In this document: one piece after another, positions 35,642 to 44,327 of the stretch
Layout: every line of letters starts with the position of its first letter
Numbering within the stretch: position 1 is the first letter of the stretch
Virus record (IMG/VR): IMGVR_UViG_3300000295_000011
Direction: 5' to 3' (one strand)
Length of the DNA stretch: 57,714 bases
From: a virus
The notes under the pieces: model-generated
The model's input: only the letters and a program-made list of their open reading frames with translations
The model's database searches: none
What the model was told of the DNA's origin: nothing
Position numbers and translations under genes: made by a program

Positions 35642-36781
35642 CTACTTCCAGTCGATCATGCCGGCACATTCGGCACACGCTCGAACGTGCTCACTCCAGC
35701 GCTCCATAACCGCCCTCCTGGCGTCGAAAAAGTCGGAGCGCTGATAGGCTCTGCTTACCTGCGTACCGACATCGTGGCTGAGACACATCTCCGCAACGTC
35801 GAAAGGGACAGCTTCGTCCGCAAGCCACGATCTTGCTATCGATCGCAGGCCGTGTGCAACGAGTCGTCCCTTGAGCGATGTACTGTGCAGGTGCTTCGCC
35901 AAGGCCTGCGAGCTAACGGGCTTGCCGGTGCTCTTGCCGGCAAAGACATGACCGCTTCGTGGCCTCGGGCTGAGCGTCTGCTCTCTGGCGATCAGCTCCT
36001 TCATGAAAGACGTGAGGGGCACGCGAAATGGCCGTCGCTTCTTCATGTGCTCAGCTGGTATGTGGATCGCGTCTTCTGTGATCCACGACTTCTCGAGCGA
36101 AGCATTCTCGCCTGGTCGAAGCATCGAGCAGAGCGAGAAGAGGAAGAGCACGCGCATGCGCTCCGGCGCTTCTTTCATAACCGCCATAACGGTGGGCAAC
36201 TCTCGCCAGTCGACAGACGGCATCGGCTTGACCTGCGGCGGTGCGAAGACCTTCGATACTCGTGCGAGAGGGTTGTGCTCGATGTAGCCGGCACAAACGG
36301 CGAGGTCAAGGATCTCGCGAAGGCGCATGAGTACGCGCTTGAGCGTCGCCTGCTTGCCGTCCTTTTCTATCGGCTGCACGGTTCGGATCACGAGCGGAGC
36401 CGTGATCTCGTCGAGCTGACGATTTCCGAGCGGTTCGATGATGTACCGCTCCAGGCGTCGGCGCTCGTCCTGATAGCTCACGATCTGGGGCTTTTTGAGG
36501 CGGCACCAAAGACGAAAAGCGTCTTTCAGTACATACCCTTTTGGCGGCTCGAGCCCGATGTCCTTTCTTAGGCGTCGGGCTTTTTGTCGTGCCTGCATCA
36601 GGCTCATGTCGGGATGTTCGCCGAGACGCTTGTCTGCGACACGGCCTGAGCACGACGTGCGAAAGTACCAGATTTTTCTGCCGGACGGCATGACTCGCAA
36701 CGTCAGGCCGTTCCCGTCGGCTACCGAATATCTCTTGTCCCGCGGCTTCATTGCCGCAATTTTTTTAGAGGAGAGCGTCAT
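35642..36781 (-). CDS. tyrosine recombinase (P4-integrase-like), candidate shufflon invertase
   Basis: 379 aa. N-terminal arm-binding-type domain (YSVADGNGLTLRVMPSGRKIWYFR). Catalytic signature LRPGE ... HGLRS ... AYQRSD. 78 nt from the end of ORF J (92 nt from site 35536-35549). Paralogous to int at 45402. Confidence 0.85.
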   Translation of the reverse strand: MTLSSKKIAAMKPRDKRYSVADGNGLTLRVMPSGRKIWYFRTSCSGRVADKRLGEHPDMSLMQARQKARRLRKDIGLEPPKGYVLKDAFRLWCRLKKPQIVSYQDERRRLERYIIEPLGNRQLDEITAPLVIRTVQPIEKDGKQATLKRVLMRLREILDLAVCAGYIEHNPLARVSKVFAPPQVKPMPSVDWRELPTVMAVMKEAPERMRVLFLFSLCSMLRPGENASLEKSWITEDAIHIPAEHMKKRRPFRVPLTSFMKELIAREQTLSPRPRSGHVFAGKSTGKPVSSQALAKHLHSTSLKGRLVAHGLRSIARSWLADEAVPFDVAEMCLSHDVGTQVSRAYQRSDFFDARRAVMERWSEHVRACAECAGMIDWK

Positions 36782-37363
36782 ATGACCTCAGACTTCAAAA
36801 AAGCATTTTGTTATGACGATGCTGGGTACTACCAGCACGAGGTTTCTGTCCAGGTTGTGGACGGAGAGCCTCTCATGCCGCCGTCGGTCACCTTTTCCTG
36901 TCCATGGGGAAAGGCGACGCAAGACGACACCGTCTTCTACCGCTTCGACGGGAAAAAGTGGATTGCTGAGAAGAAGCCGACGTGCGCAGCCGAGTGTGTC
37001 GGACTCGTGATCTCTCATACGACGACCACGCCGCATGACGAGGAAATGCGCGAATTGATCCGCAAGTTCTCTCAGGAAGAGGGCTATTGCGAAAAGCGCG
37101 GCGAGGACCTCTCGTGGTCCCTCGAGAAGATCCCTGAAAAGACTGAGGAAGAAAAACTGACTGAGGCGAGGCAGTCCGTTCGCTCGAAGCGCGATTCCCT
37201 GATCTCTGACACGGACTACCTGCTCTGCGCCGACTACCCGATCAGCGCCGAAGACCTCAAGGCCGTCAAGGCCTACCGTCAGGCGCTTCGCGATGTTCCG
37301 CAACAGGAGGGCTTCCCCTTCGAGGTGGTCTGGCCTGAACTGCCGACCATCCTCGCGGAATAA
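36782..37363 (+). CDS. tail fibre assembly protein (Tfa/gpG-like chaperone)
   Basis: C-terminal RDSLISDTDYLLCADYPISAEDLKAVKAYRQALRDVPQQEGFPFEVVWPELP is the typical Tfa signature. Confidence 0.75.
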   Translation: MTSDFKKAFCYDDAGYYQHEVSVQVVDGEPLMPPSVTFSCPWGKATQDDTVFYRFDGKKWIAEKKPTCAAECVGLVISHTTTTPHDEEMRELIRKFSQEEGYCEKRGEDLSWSLEKIPEKTEEEKLTEARQSVRSKRDSLISDTDYLLCADYPISAEDLKAVKAYRQALRDVPQQEGFPFEVVWPELPTILAE

Positions 37364-37434
37364 CGAATCAATCCGTCCCCCGGCACTCCCGGGATTTTTT
37401 TAACTTGCAGGGAGAGGCAACAAAGGAGGTATTT

Positions 37435-37788
37435 ATGCCTGACCGTTATCGGGACATCCTGACAGGTTCTGGCGTGTGGATTGCGCTTTTTGCATCCCTC
37501 GGCGGATGCGTTCTGCGCTATCTCGAAGAGTACAAGCACGAGAAAAAGTGGCATTGGAAGTGGCTCGCTGCCGATCTTCTTTCGTCTGCGTTTCTCGGCT
37601 ACTTCACGTTTTGGGTGCTCTGGGATTCAGCGCACTTCACAGCCTCGCAGTGCGCTGTGGCCACGGCGATCGTCGGCAACTTCGGCACTCGGATCTTTGA
37701 CGTCGTGCGGTTCGTGATCTTCAAAAAAATCGGGTACGTCCCGCCGAATGAACGCCCCTCTGCCGCCGATGAGGAATCCAAGAAATGA
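37435..37788 (+). CDS. holin-like membrane protein
   Basis: AAAGGAGG RBS. Three hydrophobic segments and a charged C-terminus. ATGA-coupled to the endolysin. Confidence 0.6.
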   Translation: MPDRYRDILTGSGVWIALFASLGGCVLRYLEEYKHEKKWHWKWLAADLLSSAFLGYFTFWVLWDSAHFTASQCAVATAIVGNFGTRIFDVVRFVIFKKIGYVPPNERPSAADEESKK

Positions 37789-38240
37789 AAAGCTACTACT
37801 CATACGACATTCAGCCTGCCTGTGACTTCATCGCGAAGTACGAGGGTTGCAGGCTCACGGCGTACCTCTGTCCCGCAGGCGTGCCAACCATTGGCTACGG
37901 CCACACGGGTCCAGAAGTGCGCAAGGGCATGACCATCACGCAGGCCGAAGCCGACGAACTGCTCCGCAAGGATGTGGAGCGCCACGTGCATGATTTCTCG
38001 CAATACGTGAACGTCCCCGTCACCGGAAACCAGTTCATCGCGTTGACCTCCCTCGTTTTCAATTGCGGCGTGAGCTACGTCGTTCACCAGTGCCCGCGCC
38101 TCATGCGTTCGCTCAATGCGGGCGACGTTGAAGCCTGCGCTCACGAATTCCTCGACATCAACCGCGCTGGCGGAAAGGTGCTTGCGGGCTTGACCGAGCG
38201 CCGTCGCGCCGAAGCAAAACTCTTTCTCTCGGAGGTCTGA
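37785..38240 (+). CDS. endolysin, GH24 lysozyme type
   Basis: FIAKYEGCRLTAYLCPAGVPTIGYGHT matches the phage lysozyme catalytic region. Confidence 0.85.
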   Translation: MKSYYSYDIQPACDFIAKYEGCRLTAYLCPAGVPTIGYGHTGPEVRKGMTITQAEADELLRKDVERHVHDFSQYVNVPVTGNQFIALTSLVFNCGVSYVVHQCPRLMRSLNAGDVEACAHEFLDINRAGGKVLAGLTERRRAEAKLFLSEV

Positions 38241-38242
38241 AC

Positions 38243-38782
38243 ATGGTCTATCTGAAATGGCTGGCACTCATGCCTGCGTCGTTCATCATGGCCATCGTTG
38301 GCCGCCTCCTCGCACCGATCCTGCCGCTCTTCGTGGACAAGGAAACGCACCGCCTGCCGGATTGGCTCTCGTGGTTTGCAACGGACGACCACGACGCAGA
38401 CGGGGATCAGGGTCACTGGGAGCGTTGGCCGGGCACTGATTGGTGGAGTACGTACAAAAGGCGCGTTGCCTGGCTCCTTAGGAATGTCTGCTACGGCTTC
38501 GACATCGACGTCCTCGGCGTGCGCGTCTACCCGACGGACGAGTGGCACGTGAGCGGTAATCCGGACGCGAGCGACACGAATGGCATCTCGGGCACTTGCA
38601 TCCGACACTGCTACCGTGACGGCAAGCACATCGCCTGGCACCTCTACGTCGTGAAGCACTACGAGCTTCTCGGTCTACCCTGCTGTGTGCGCATCAGCCT
38701 CGGTTGGAAACTCTGGGGCTCTCGTGACAAGACGGCGCAGTACACCGTGTACTTCAACCCGATCAAGGGATGGGAGCTATGA
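38243..38782 (+). CDS. hypothetical membrane-anchored protein in the lysis cassette
   Basis: N-terminal TM (LALMPASFIMAIVGRLLAPILPLF). Trp/Asp-rich body. Confidence 0.55.
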   Translation: MVYLKWLALMPASFIMAIVGRLLAPILPLFVDKETHRLPDWLSWFATDDHDADGDQGHWERWPGTDWWSTYKRRVAWLLRNVCYGFDIDVLGVRVYPTDEWHVSGNPDASDTNGISGTCIRHCYRDGKHIAWHLYVVKHYELLGLPCCVRISLGWKLWGSRDKTAQYTVYFNPIKGWEL

Positions 38783-39231
38783 GTGCGTGGCTCAAGCCTG
38801 CTGCGGCAGTGCTCGCTGCGTTAATAGCTTTCGGAGCGGGATGTCGGTACTCGGCCGCGCAGGCCGACGCCGAGATCTCTGCTTTGAAGGAAGAGTATGC
38901 GACGCGTGCGCGCGCACTGGAGGAGAAGTATCGTGAGAGTGAAGCCCTTGCAAACGCAAAGCTCAGAGCGGCATGGGAGGAGCGTGACATCGCGCTCGCT
39001 CATGCTAGCGACCTGTCTGCTGACCTTGAGCGGGTGCGCAAGCAATCCGACGCCGCCCGCCGTAGACTGTCCGCAACCGCCGCAGGTCCCTGCAAGTCTT
39101 GCGAGGAGCAGCTTGCCCGAAGTACAGGCATTATCGAGCGAGGCGCAGTCCTACTTCAAAGATGTGTCCGCCTTTCTCAGAGAGTTGCAATCGACAAGGA
39201 CGCCGTAGTCAAGATCGCGGACGGACCTTAA
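38779..39231 (+). CDS. i-spanin (Rz-like)
   Basis: N-terminal TM followed by a long charged coiled-coil. ATGA-coupled start at 38779; the alternative ATG is at 38770. Confidence 0.7.
   Translation: MSAWLKPAAAVLAALIAFGAGCRYSAAQADAEISALKEEYATRARALEEKYRESEALANAKLRAAWEERDIALAHASDLSADLERVRKQSDAARRRLSATAAGPCKSCEEQLARSTGIIERGAVLLQRCVRLSQRVAIDKDAVVKIADGP
39002..39208 (+). CDS. o-spanin (Rz1-like lipoprotein) embedded in the +1 frame of the i-spanin
   Basis: MLATCLLTLSGC lipobox followed by a Pro-rich mature part. Entirely inside 38779..39231. Confidence 0.7.
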   Translation: MLATCLLTLSGCASNPTPPAVDCPQPPQVPASLARSSLPEVQALSSEAQSYFKDVSAFLRELQSTRTP

Positions 39232-39743
39232 AAACCGTGTGTTAAAATCGACTTAACAACACTCGGCACGCCTCTCGTTGACGCGCAACCCGCCGAGTTA
39301 CCCGCCCCTAAGAGCTAAAAACCGCCTCGGAACCTAGACGTCAGTCCGTTGCGGACTCAGGTGCAACTCCTGAGAGGGGAGCCAATTCCATGCCCTCGAA
39401 TCATTGCCGATTCGGGGGCATTTTCGTGACGCCACGAAAATGGTGGGTGAGAAAATGGGGTAGGCGTCTAGATCCGCTTTTTTAGCCCCGAAACCGTTGC
39501 GGCGCAACGTTTGAGGGATGGCGCCTATAAAAACTTCGTTAGACGAACATTTAGCCGAAGACCAAGTTACCAACGCTGGTAAAATGGTCGTAACAACACC
39601 GCGCAAGCCTAGATCTCCGGTTATCCAGAGAGCTGCACTGGGGTATGACGTCATATTCTCCGAACCAGTGGATGCTCACTCCGCGCGGTTTCCTTGCATG
39701 ACTAGTCCGCTCGGGTCGCAGGCCGCCGCCTGCGAGGGGACTT

Positions 39744-39772
39744 TTCACCAGTCCGCGAAGCCGTGCTACAAT
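39744..39772 (+). promoter_or_regulatory. candidate sigma70 promoter with extended -10
   Basis: TTCACC (39744-39749), 17-nt spacer, TGc-TACAAT (39764-39772). Confidence 0.4.
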
Positions 39773-39778
39773 CGGCAA

Positions 39779-39862
39779 CGGATTCTACTCTGGCGGGTAG
39801 TATCTAGCGGACTCCTATGCCGCATAAAGCCCCTGCGCTACTCGCGTGGGGGCTTTATTTTT
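39779..39862 (+). ncRNA. candidate sRNA of about 85 nt, bounded by a promoter and a terminator
   Basis: Bounded by the promoter above and the terminator at 39826-39862. No ORF. Confidence 0.3.
39826..39862. terminator. bidirectional terminator between the lysis side and the accessory operon
   Basis: AAAGCCCC ... GGGGCTTT with an inner GCG/CGC stem and ATTTTT on the plus strand. Sits between convergent transcription units. Confidence 0.7.
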
Positions 39863-39915
39863 GTAACTGTACTTTTTGGGTCGTATGTGCACATCAATGT
39901 ATACAACCGAGCCGT

Positions 39916-40488
39916 TCAGTCATCGTCGTCATCATCAGTGCTGATCATGGGGAAGCCGTAGAACACTTCCCCAGTCGGGAAGGCGCCCGTGTACTGTGGG
40001 TACCGCGTCACGCCCCGGAAGGGGAACTCGTACATCGGGGCTAAATTCTTGTGGTACTCAGTAAGCATCGCGTCAATTTCGGGCGTGAAGAATCGCGGGA
40101 TATAGGCAGGATCAACATAGCCGTCGACCAACTTTCTGACAAAGTAGTACCAGCGGCCGTCCTCGTTTCGCTTGAGGCTGTACATATCAAGATCGAGCCT
40201 CGGGTTTTCGTCCATGTCTGACCTCAACTCGACTGCCGCCCACGTCACGACTACTTTGTGAGCGTTTCGCGTGCAAAGCACCTGAGTCACAGCGTAGCGC
40301 GCCCACTTTTCATCGTCGCCGCTTCTCAAGTAAAAGCACGCAGCGAGGCGCGCGACATGCAACGCCATTTCGGGGTAGGCGCACTCTCTCGCGCCAACGG
40401 CTTCGGCGAAAACCCGCGCGAAGAGCGGAGCGGTGGCGGGCAAATTGCGAAGGTCTATGCCTTCCATTTCTTTTGTAAGGTTCTTCAT
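39916..40488 (-). CDS. hypothetical protein with a poly-Asp C-terminus, paralog of 44328..44807
   Basis: Shared motif DLRNLPATAPLFA. Ends in STDDDDDD. Confidence 0.65.
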   Translation of the reverse strand: MKNLTKEMEGIDLRNLPATAPLFARVFAEAVGARECAYPEMALHVARLAACFYLRSGDDEKWARYAVTQVLCTRNAHKVVVTWAAVELRSDMDENPRLDLDMYSLKRNEDGRWYYFVRKLVDGYVDPAYIPRFFTPEIDAMLTEYHKNLAPMYEFPFRGVTRYPQYTGAFPTGEVFYGFPMISTDDDDDD

Positions 40489-40652
40489 TTGCTTTGCTTC
40501 TCCGGCATGGTCTTTTTGATCTGCTCAGCGATCCACTTCGAGCCGCCCAACTCCCTCAACCGCTCGCGCAGTTCCTTCGGGATGTAAATCAGGACGTTCA
40601 TGCCGCCTTCGGGCGTGTGTCTCGGTCGCCCGGTTACCTTCCTTTCTCTCAT
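40485..40652 (-). CDS. small RHH-like protein
   Basis: MNVLIYIPKELRERLRELGG resembles a CopG/Arc beta-strand plus helix. GAGGAG RBS before the ATG at 40652. Confidence 0.45.
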   Translation of the reverse strand: MRERKVTGRPRHTPEGGMNVLIYIPKELRERLRELGGSKWIAEQIKKTMPEKQSK

Positions 40653-40663
40653 CTTCCTACTCC

Positions 40664-41167
40664 TCAGATATCCCACGATGTCGAAAACTCTCGGTCCTTG
40701 AACAGTGCGGCCAGCCCCGTGATCTGCTTCAGCCTCAGCAGTTCGTCGGCGTCCATGCCGAGGTGCTTCATAATCCACGCGTCCTTCATGCCCGCCTCTC
40801 GCAATTCCTTGACGATGTTCGCCATGAGGTCAACGTCGTGCGTACCTCGGGCGCGGTTGTGTCTCACGGTACTGGCCATTCGATTGCTGATGTCCTTCTC
40901 GATCACCACAACAGGCAACTTGCCGCCTTCGCGTTCGTAGATGTCTTTATGGGTCAGCATCACCGTGTAGCGGTGGAACCCGTCGACGATCTCGTACTTG
41001 TCCACGTCTGGGAGGTAGTAGCACACGATGGGCATCGTGTAGCCGTCTTCCTTGATCGAGTCGTAGAGCAGTTTCATCTCGGGCGGGGCGACGTGGTTCG
41101 GGTTGTACGTGTTCGCCTGAATCTTCTCGACCGGGATCGCCTGAACGTTGTAAACGGGTGATTTCAT
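40664..41167 (-). CDS. ParB-like nuclease-domain protein (IbrB/DndB-like)
   Basis: EIVDGFHRYTV (DGxHR motif). TAATG overlap with the PAPS-reductase gene. Confidence 0.75.
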   Translation of the reverse strand: MKSPVYNVQAIPVEKIQANTYNPNHVAPPEMKLLYDSIKEDGYTMPIVCYYLPDVDKYEIVDGFHRYTVMLTHKDIYEREGGKLPVVVIEKDISNRMASTVRHNRARGTHDVDLMANIVKELREAGMKDAWIMKHLGMDADELLRLKQITGLAALFKDREFSTSWDI

Positions 41168-42465
41168 TACAAGCTCCTGAATTTCGCCAAGACCGCGTCT
41201 CGCTTTGCCTTCATCTCCTTCGTGATGGAGAAGCTCAAGCCTTTGCAAACGAAGTCGTTTTTGATAATGCACATGGCCATACGTCGCCACGTGCAGAAGT
41301 CGTCCTTGCCCTCAAGCTCGGGCAGTTCGTCGAGCGGCTCGCGGAACTTTACGAGGTACTTGTCCTTCGCGCCTCGCGTCCCGTAGCTCCGCGTATTGAT
41401 GATCGTGTCGCCGTACTTCGCTTCCAGGATTTCGATCTGTTCATCGGGGACAGGGCATCCAACGTCCCGCCAGTACGCAATGAACTTTGTGAAGCGGTCG
41501 CGGTAGTTATCGGCAGCGGCGGGCGGCAACGTCGTGAGCAGGAATTCTGTGAACTGCTTCCACGTGTAGTTCTTCGGCAATTTGTAGCTGTTGCTCATGA
41601 TCTTCGAGCCGCTGTAGATGTTGCCGAAGTTCGCGCCGCTCACACGATTGACGAGCTTGCCCCAGAGGTCGGGCTCGATCACCTTGAACTGAGCGAGGCC
41701 GGCCTTGGCCTCATTGCCGAACGGTTCGTCGATGCGCATCTTGTGGATCGGGACGCCTGCGAGGTACATCAGGTCGTAGATCGGGTTGTACGGCTTCGCG
41801 AAGCGGGCGTTGTACGTCCAGATGTCCTCGACCGCCCAGTCATAGATCGGGTAGAAGTTGAAGACGTTCTCGCTCACCTTCGTGCTGAAGCGCTTGCCCT
41901 TGTAGGTTTCCTTGTTCCCGGCAATGGCGCGGAAGCGGTTCAGGCTTTCGTCCGTGCGGATGCCGACAAGGCACGCGGTCTTCTCGCCGTGGCCGATCGT
42001 CTCGCCGATGTGCTTGATGAATTCCTCGAACGTCATCTTCGGGACGTACCAGTCGAAGGGGTTGTTCTGCAGGTTGATGACCCACCTGTTCTTCGGCATA
42101 TCGCGCACCCAGATCGTACGCTTCTCCTCGTCCCACCAGACCCACGTGGGCTCGAAGTAGGAGAGGGAATTCGGCGAGGTCATCGGGAGACAGACCCACA
42201 TGGGAATGAGCACGTCCTCGTTCTCGGTGAACATCTTTTCCACGAATGCTGCGCTCTTCTGATAGAACGCCTCGAGGTCGATGAAGACCGCATGGAACTT
42301 GCGCCCGCGCCGGCGTGCGATGTCGATGCACTGGTTGAGCACGACCCCCGAGTCCTTTCCGCTCGAGAAAGAAACGTAAATGTGCTCGAACTCGTCAAAG
42401 ACGTAGTTCAGGCGCTCCTGCGCTGCATCGAACACGTTCTGCGCCCTGTATTTTTTGATGGTCAT
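41167..42465 (-). CDS. PAPS reductase-family PP-loop protein (IbrA/DndC-like)
   Basis: PP-loop SFSSGKDSGV. About 430 aa. ATGA-coupled to the helicase gene. Confidence 0.75.
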   Translation of the reverse strand: MTIKKYRAQNVFDAAQERLNYVFDEFEHIYVSFSSGKDSGVVLNQCIDIARRRGRKFHAVFIDLEAFYQKSAAFVEKMFTENEDVLIPMWVCLPMTSPNSLSYFEPTWVWWDEEKRTIWVRDMPKNRWVINLQNNPFDWYVPKMTFEEFIKHIGETIGHGEKTACLVGIRTDESLNRFRAIAGNKETYKGKRFSTKVSENVFNFYPIYDWAVEDIWTYNARFAKPYNPIYDLMYLAGVPIHKMRIDEPFGNEAKAGLAQFKVIEPDLWGKLVNRVSGANFGNIYSGSKIMSNSYKLPKNYTWKQFTEFLLTTLPPAAADNYRDRFTKFIAYWRDVGCPVPDEQIEILEAKYGDTIINTRSYGTRGAKDKYLVKFREPLDELPELEGKDDFCTWRRMAMCIIKNDFVCKGLSFSITKEMKAKRDAVLAKFRSL

Positions 42466-43622
42466 AGATCCTCCAGTTTCATGCCCGAGAGCTTGAAGGC
42501 GTTCACCAGTGTTAGCTTTTTCGCGATGCACTTGTCGAACAGCTCCTCGAGGCCGATGTCCGCGCCCGTCAGGTCGAAGTACTCGCAGGATTCCTGCTGT
42601 CCCATGCGGTAGATGCGGGCTTCGGACTGCTCGCGGAAGGCGTAGTCGAACGTCTTGTCGAAGTAGATGATTCTGCGGTACTTCTGAAGGTTCAGGCCGA
42701 ACGAACCCTTGCCGTAGGTCATCACCAGAGCCTGCGGGAACATCTCCTGCAGATAGTCGCGGGCCGCGATGAAGCGGCAGTAGATGATCGTTCGGTCATC
42801 GACATACGGAGTGATGAGCGGGACCTTCTCACTGGCTAGCGTGTAGAAGTGATGGAGCTTCTGCATCGCCCCCAGGATTTCAAAGTCATCCTCGGCAGCG
42901 GCAATGAGTTCGCACTTCAGGTTCTCGTACCCGAAACGCTCGGTCTCGGTCATGTGCCACGTGAGCGTCCGGTACTTCTTCGCGAGCGGGAGGTCGAGCG
43001 AGCATTCGTAAACATACGGCTCGATGATGCTGAGCAGGTGCTCGACGTTGGCGTAGCCAGTGATGTACGTGCGCACAGGCTTCCCGTAGCGATGTTCTGT
43101 CGAGTAGACGCAGTAGTCGTCCCTGAACTTGAAAAAATTCTTGTCGAGGATCTTCGGCGACAGGAAAAGCATCTGGGCATAGATGTCCAGAATGTTCTTC
43201 GTGATCGGCGTCCCGTTCAGGATCAGCTTGTACTCGCAACGTTCGCCCATGTGCAGGAGCCGTTGCGTGCGCTTCGCCCTCAGGTTCTTGATCTTGATGG
43301 ACTCGTCCACGACGATGGCCGCGCACTTGGCCGCGTCGATCTTGTCGAGGACTTCGACATAGACGCGGTCGCTCTGGCCGATGCTCTCCACGCCGTAGAA
43401 GTCGAATTCGTACTCGGAGCAGCAGAGTTCGATTTCCTTGCGGGCGTTCTCGATGGTGCGCAGGGGCGCGACCCACAGAACCAGATCGAGGCCGGGGATC
43501 GAATTGATGAGCGAGACGGCGGTCTGTGTCTTGCCTGTCCCGCAACCCATGAAAAGCGCTCCGACCTTCAGGCGGCGGAGCTTCTCAAAGGCTTCCTGTT
43601 GGTTATCGGATAAGAGACGCAT
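42462..43622 (-). CDS. SNF2/DEAD-like helicase
   Basis: Walker A GCGTGKTQTA, DExx box VVDESIKIKN, SNF2 motif III LNGTPI. Confidence 0.75.
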   Translation of the reverse strand: MRLLSDNQQEAFEKLRRLKVGALFMGCGTGKTQTAVSLINSIPGLDLVLWVAPLRTIENARKEIELCCSEYEFDFYGVESIGQSDRVYVEVLDKIDAAKCAAIVVDESIKIKNLRAKRTQRLLHMGERCEYKLILNGTPITKNILDIYAQMLFLSPKILDKNFFKFRDDYCVYSTEHRYGKPVRTYITGYANVEHLLSIIEPYVYECSLDLPLAKKYRTLTWHMTETERFGYENLKCELIAAAEDDFEILGAMQKLHHFYTLASEKVPLITPYVDDRTIIYCRFIAARDYLQEMFPQALVMTYGKGSFGLNLQKYRRIIYFDKTFDYAFREQSEARIYRMGQQESCEYFDLTGADIGLEELFDKCIAKKLTLVNAFKLSGMKLEDL

Positions 43623-44016
43623 CAGGCTTGACCTCGGTTTCGGGTTTGAGGATCCTGGGGGTGTGCTTGACGGTCCACTTCGGCAGGCGCTCGAGCACCT
43701 CGTTGGGCGGCACGTAACCTTCGTCCCACTCCTCTTCCTCGTTGTAAAAAGCCAGTTCATCGGCCAGTCGATCGGCTGAAATGATCACGTTGCGGCCTTC
43801 ACCCCTGAGGGTGATCTTGAAAGAGGCGGGAATGCTCAGGCAGTGCTGTAGGGCGTAGCGCCCCGGGTGGACGAACTTCCTAGCAGTCCAGAACTCAAAA
43901 CCCGCGTAACGGCTCGAAGCGGGCATCTTGATGAGGATGCCCTTCTCGGTGGTATGGGCGACGAGAGTGGATGCGAATATGATTCGCACCCACACAGTTT
44001 CGGCGGCGGCTTTCAT
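43603..44016 (-). CDS. hypothetical protein, paralog of 44019..44315
   Basis: Shared N-terminal pattern GILIKMPASSRYAGFEFW versus AMLIAMPHSSDYDGFTFW. Confidence 0.6.
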   Translation of the reverse strand: MKAAAETVWVRIIFASTLVAHTTEKGILIKMPASSRYAGFEFWTARKFVHPGRYALQHCLSIPASFKITLRGEGRNVIISADRLADELAFYNEEEEWDEGYVPPNEVLERLPKWTVKHTPRILKPETEVKPDASLIR

Positions 44017-44018
44017 GG

Positions 44019-44315
44019 TTACCTGATGCGCATAGCGCCGTGGAATTCGCCGAAGGCTTCGATGAGTTCATCGCAGCCGACTTCCTTTTCGTCAAGCACC
44101 TTGCGCGTCTTTTCACTGGTGCGCTTGAGGTTGAACGTCATGTCCTCGTTGATCGAAACGAGCATCTCGAAGTCGTTCGAGCCGTCGCGCACGAGCTTTT
44201 TAGAGATCCAGAAGGTGAAGCCGTCGTAGTCGGACGAGTGCGGCATGGCGATGAGCATGGCCTTGTCCGTTTCGTGCTTGATGTTCTGAATGTTGACCTT
44301 GATCTTCTTCCACAT
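44019..44315 (-). CDS. hypothetical protein, paralog of 43603..44016
   Basis: See the paralog entry. 98 aa. Confidence 0.6.
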   Translation of the reverse strand: MWKKIKVNIQNIKHETDKAMLIAMPHSSDYDGFTFWISKKLVRDGSNDFEMLVSINEDMTFNLKRTSEKTRKVLDEKEVGCDELIEAFGEFHGAMRIR

Positions 44316-44327
44316 GGTGCGTTCTCC

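Noticed and set aside
33000-36800. Diversity-generating retroelement (DGR). The head module looks BPP-1-like and the fibre tips are variable.
   Set aside because: No reverse-transcriptase-like ORF (no YxDD-type motif) occurs anywhere in the window. The cassettes differ throughout, including in length, rather than only at adenine-templated positions. There is no template/variable repeat pair.
33000-36800. Gin/Cin/Pin-type serine invertase system for the fibre inversions.
   Set aside because: No small (~190 aa) serine recombinase ORF is present. The only adjacent recombinase has tyrosine-recombinase signatures (R...HxxR...Y).
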